The notes below the pieces were generated by a model. That model saw only the letters and a program-made list of their open reading frames with translations, was not told the origin of the DNA and searched no databases. Both the position numbers and the translations under genes were made by a program. Source: Diadema antillarum (lineage: Eukaryota). From it: a DNA stretch of 64,000 nt. Positions 63,598-64,000 of this stretch are shown in pieces. Numbering within the stretch: position 1 is the stretch's first letter; each line of letters begins with the position of its first letter. The stretch covers positions 682,001 through 746,000 of the forward strand of contig NW_027271999.1 in assembly GCF_040938485.1 (NCBI RefSeq), given 5' to 3'.

Positions 63598-64000
63598 AAA
63601 TTACTGCTTGACATGAGACCTTCAACTTTATAATCTAGGTGCTTTTTAAGAGCAGAAAAGTTTTGATGTTCCTTCACATCCAAATTCATATATATGATTA
63701 TTTTGGAAGCATTTACTATTCAATATCGTTGATACAACTGTGTAGTTCCTTTAACTTGGGGCTCAATCTAACAAACAAATCACACTGAGCATTCTGTTTT
63801 TCAGACGCAACAAACACTTTTATGTTGTATATTGATAGTGACGGCCTGCCAGAAACCATCAGGCGCAGACTCTTTTTTAAGAGCCAGAAATCAATTGTTT
63901 GAACACTTAACTCTGTTTATCTAACAGGTGGATTTCAGAAATAGCACCATCTGCGAGGAGAGAAATGGGTTCTTCCTAGTCTTTGGAGTAGACACTAGAC

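Overview
Animal genomic DNA, not prokaryotic: AT-rich, intron-rich, with many microsatellites, and a repeat and motif style that suggests an echinoderm such as a sea urchin (inference only). Almost the whole window is the 5' part of one minus-strand gene, a ZO-1/TJP1-type tight-junction MAGUK. I could join nine coding exons with canonical GT-AG sites and matching phases: 17131-17094, 12889-12862, 10309-9833, 5224-5100, 4523-4421, 3369-3157, 2520-2298, 1152-1101 and 462-294. They total 1428 nt (476 codons) and encode a long low-complexity N-terminus, PDZ1, PDZ2 and the start of PDZ3. The rest of the gene lies below coordinate 1. Probable non-coding leader exons lie at 17132-17347, 49705-49798 and about 61584-61700, the last in a CpG-rich promoter-like region that may also drive a divergent plus-strand transcript. 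The introns carry many non-autonomous DNA elements (piggyBac-like and Kolobok-like TTAA families, Harbinger-like, TA-flanked), a tRNA-derived SINE, a decayed DIRS1-like retrotransposon and a possible piggyBac transposase relic. I found no CRISPR array, rRNA, true tRNA or intact transposase. Most ORFs in the supplied track look spurious. I did not find a clearly novel system. The best leads are the lineage-specific ZO-1 N-terminus, the 44-kb split leader, inverted MITE pairs around exon blocks, a TCF/Sox motif cluster and strong enrichment of the palindrome TACATGTA.
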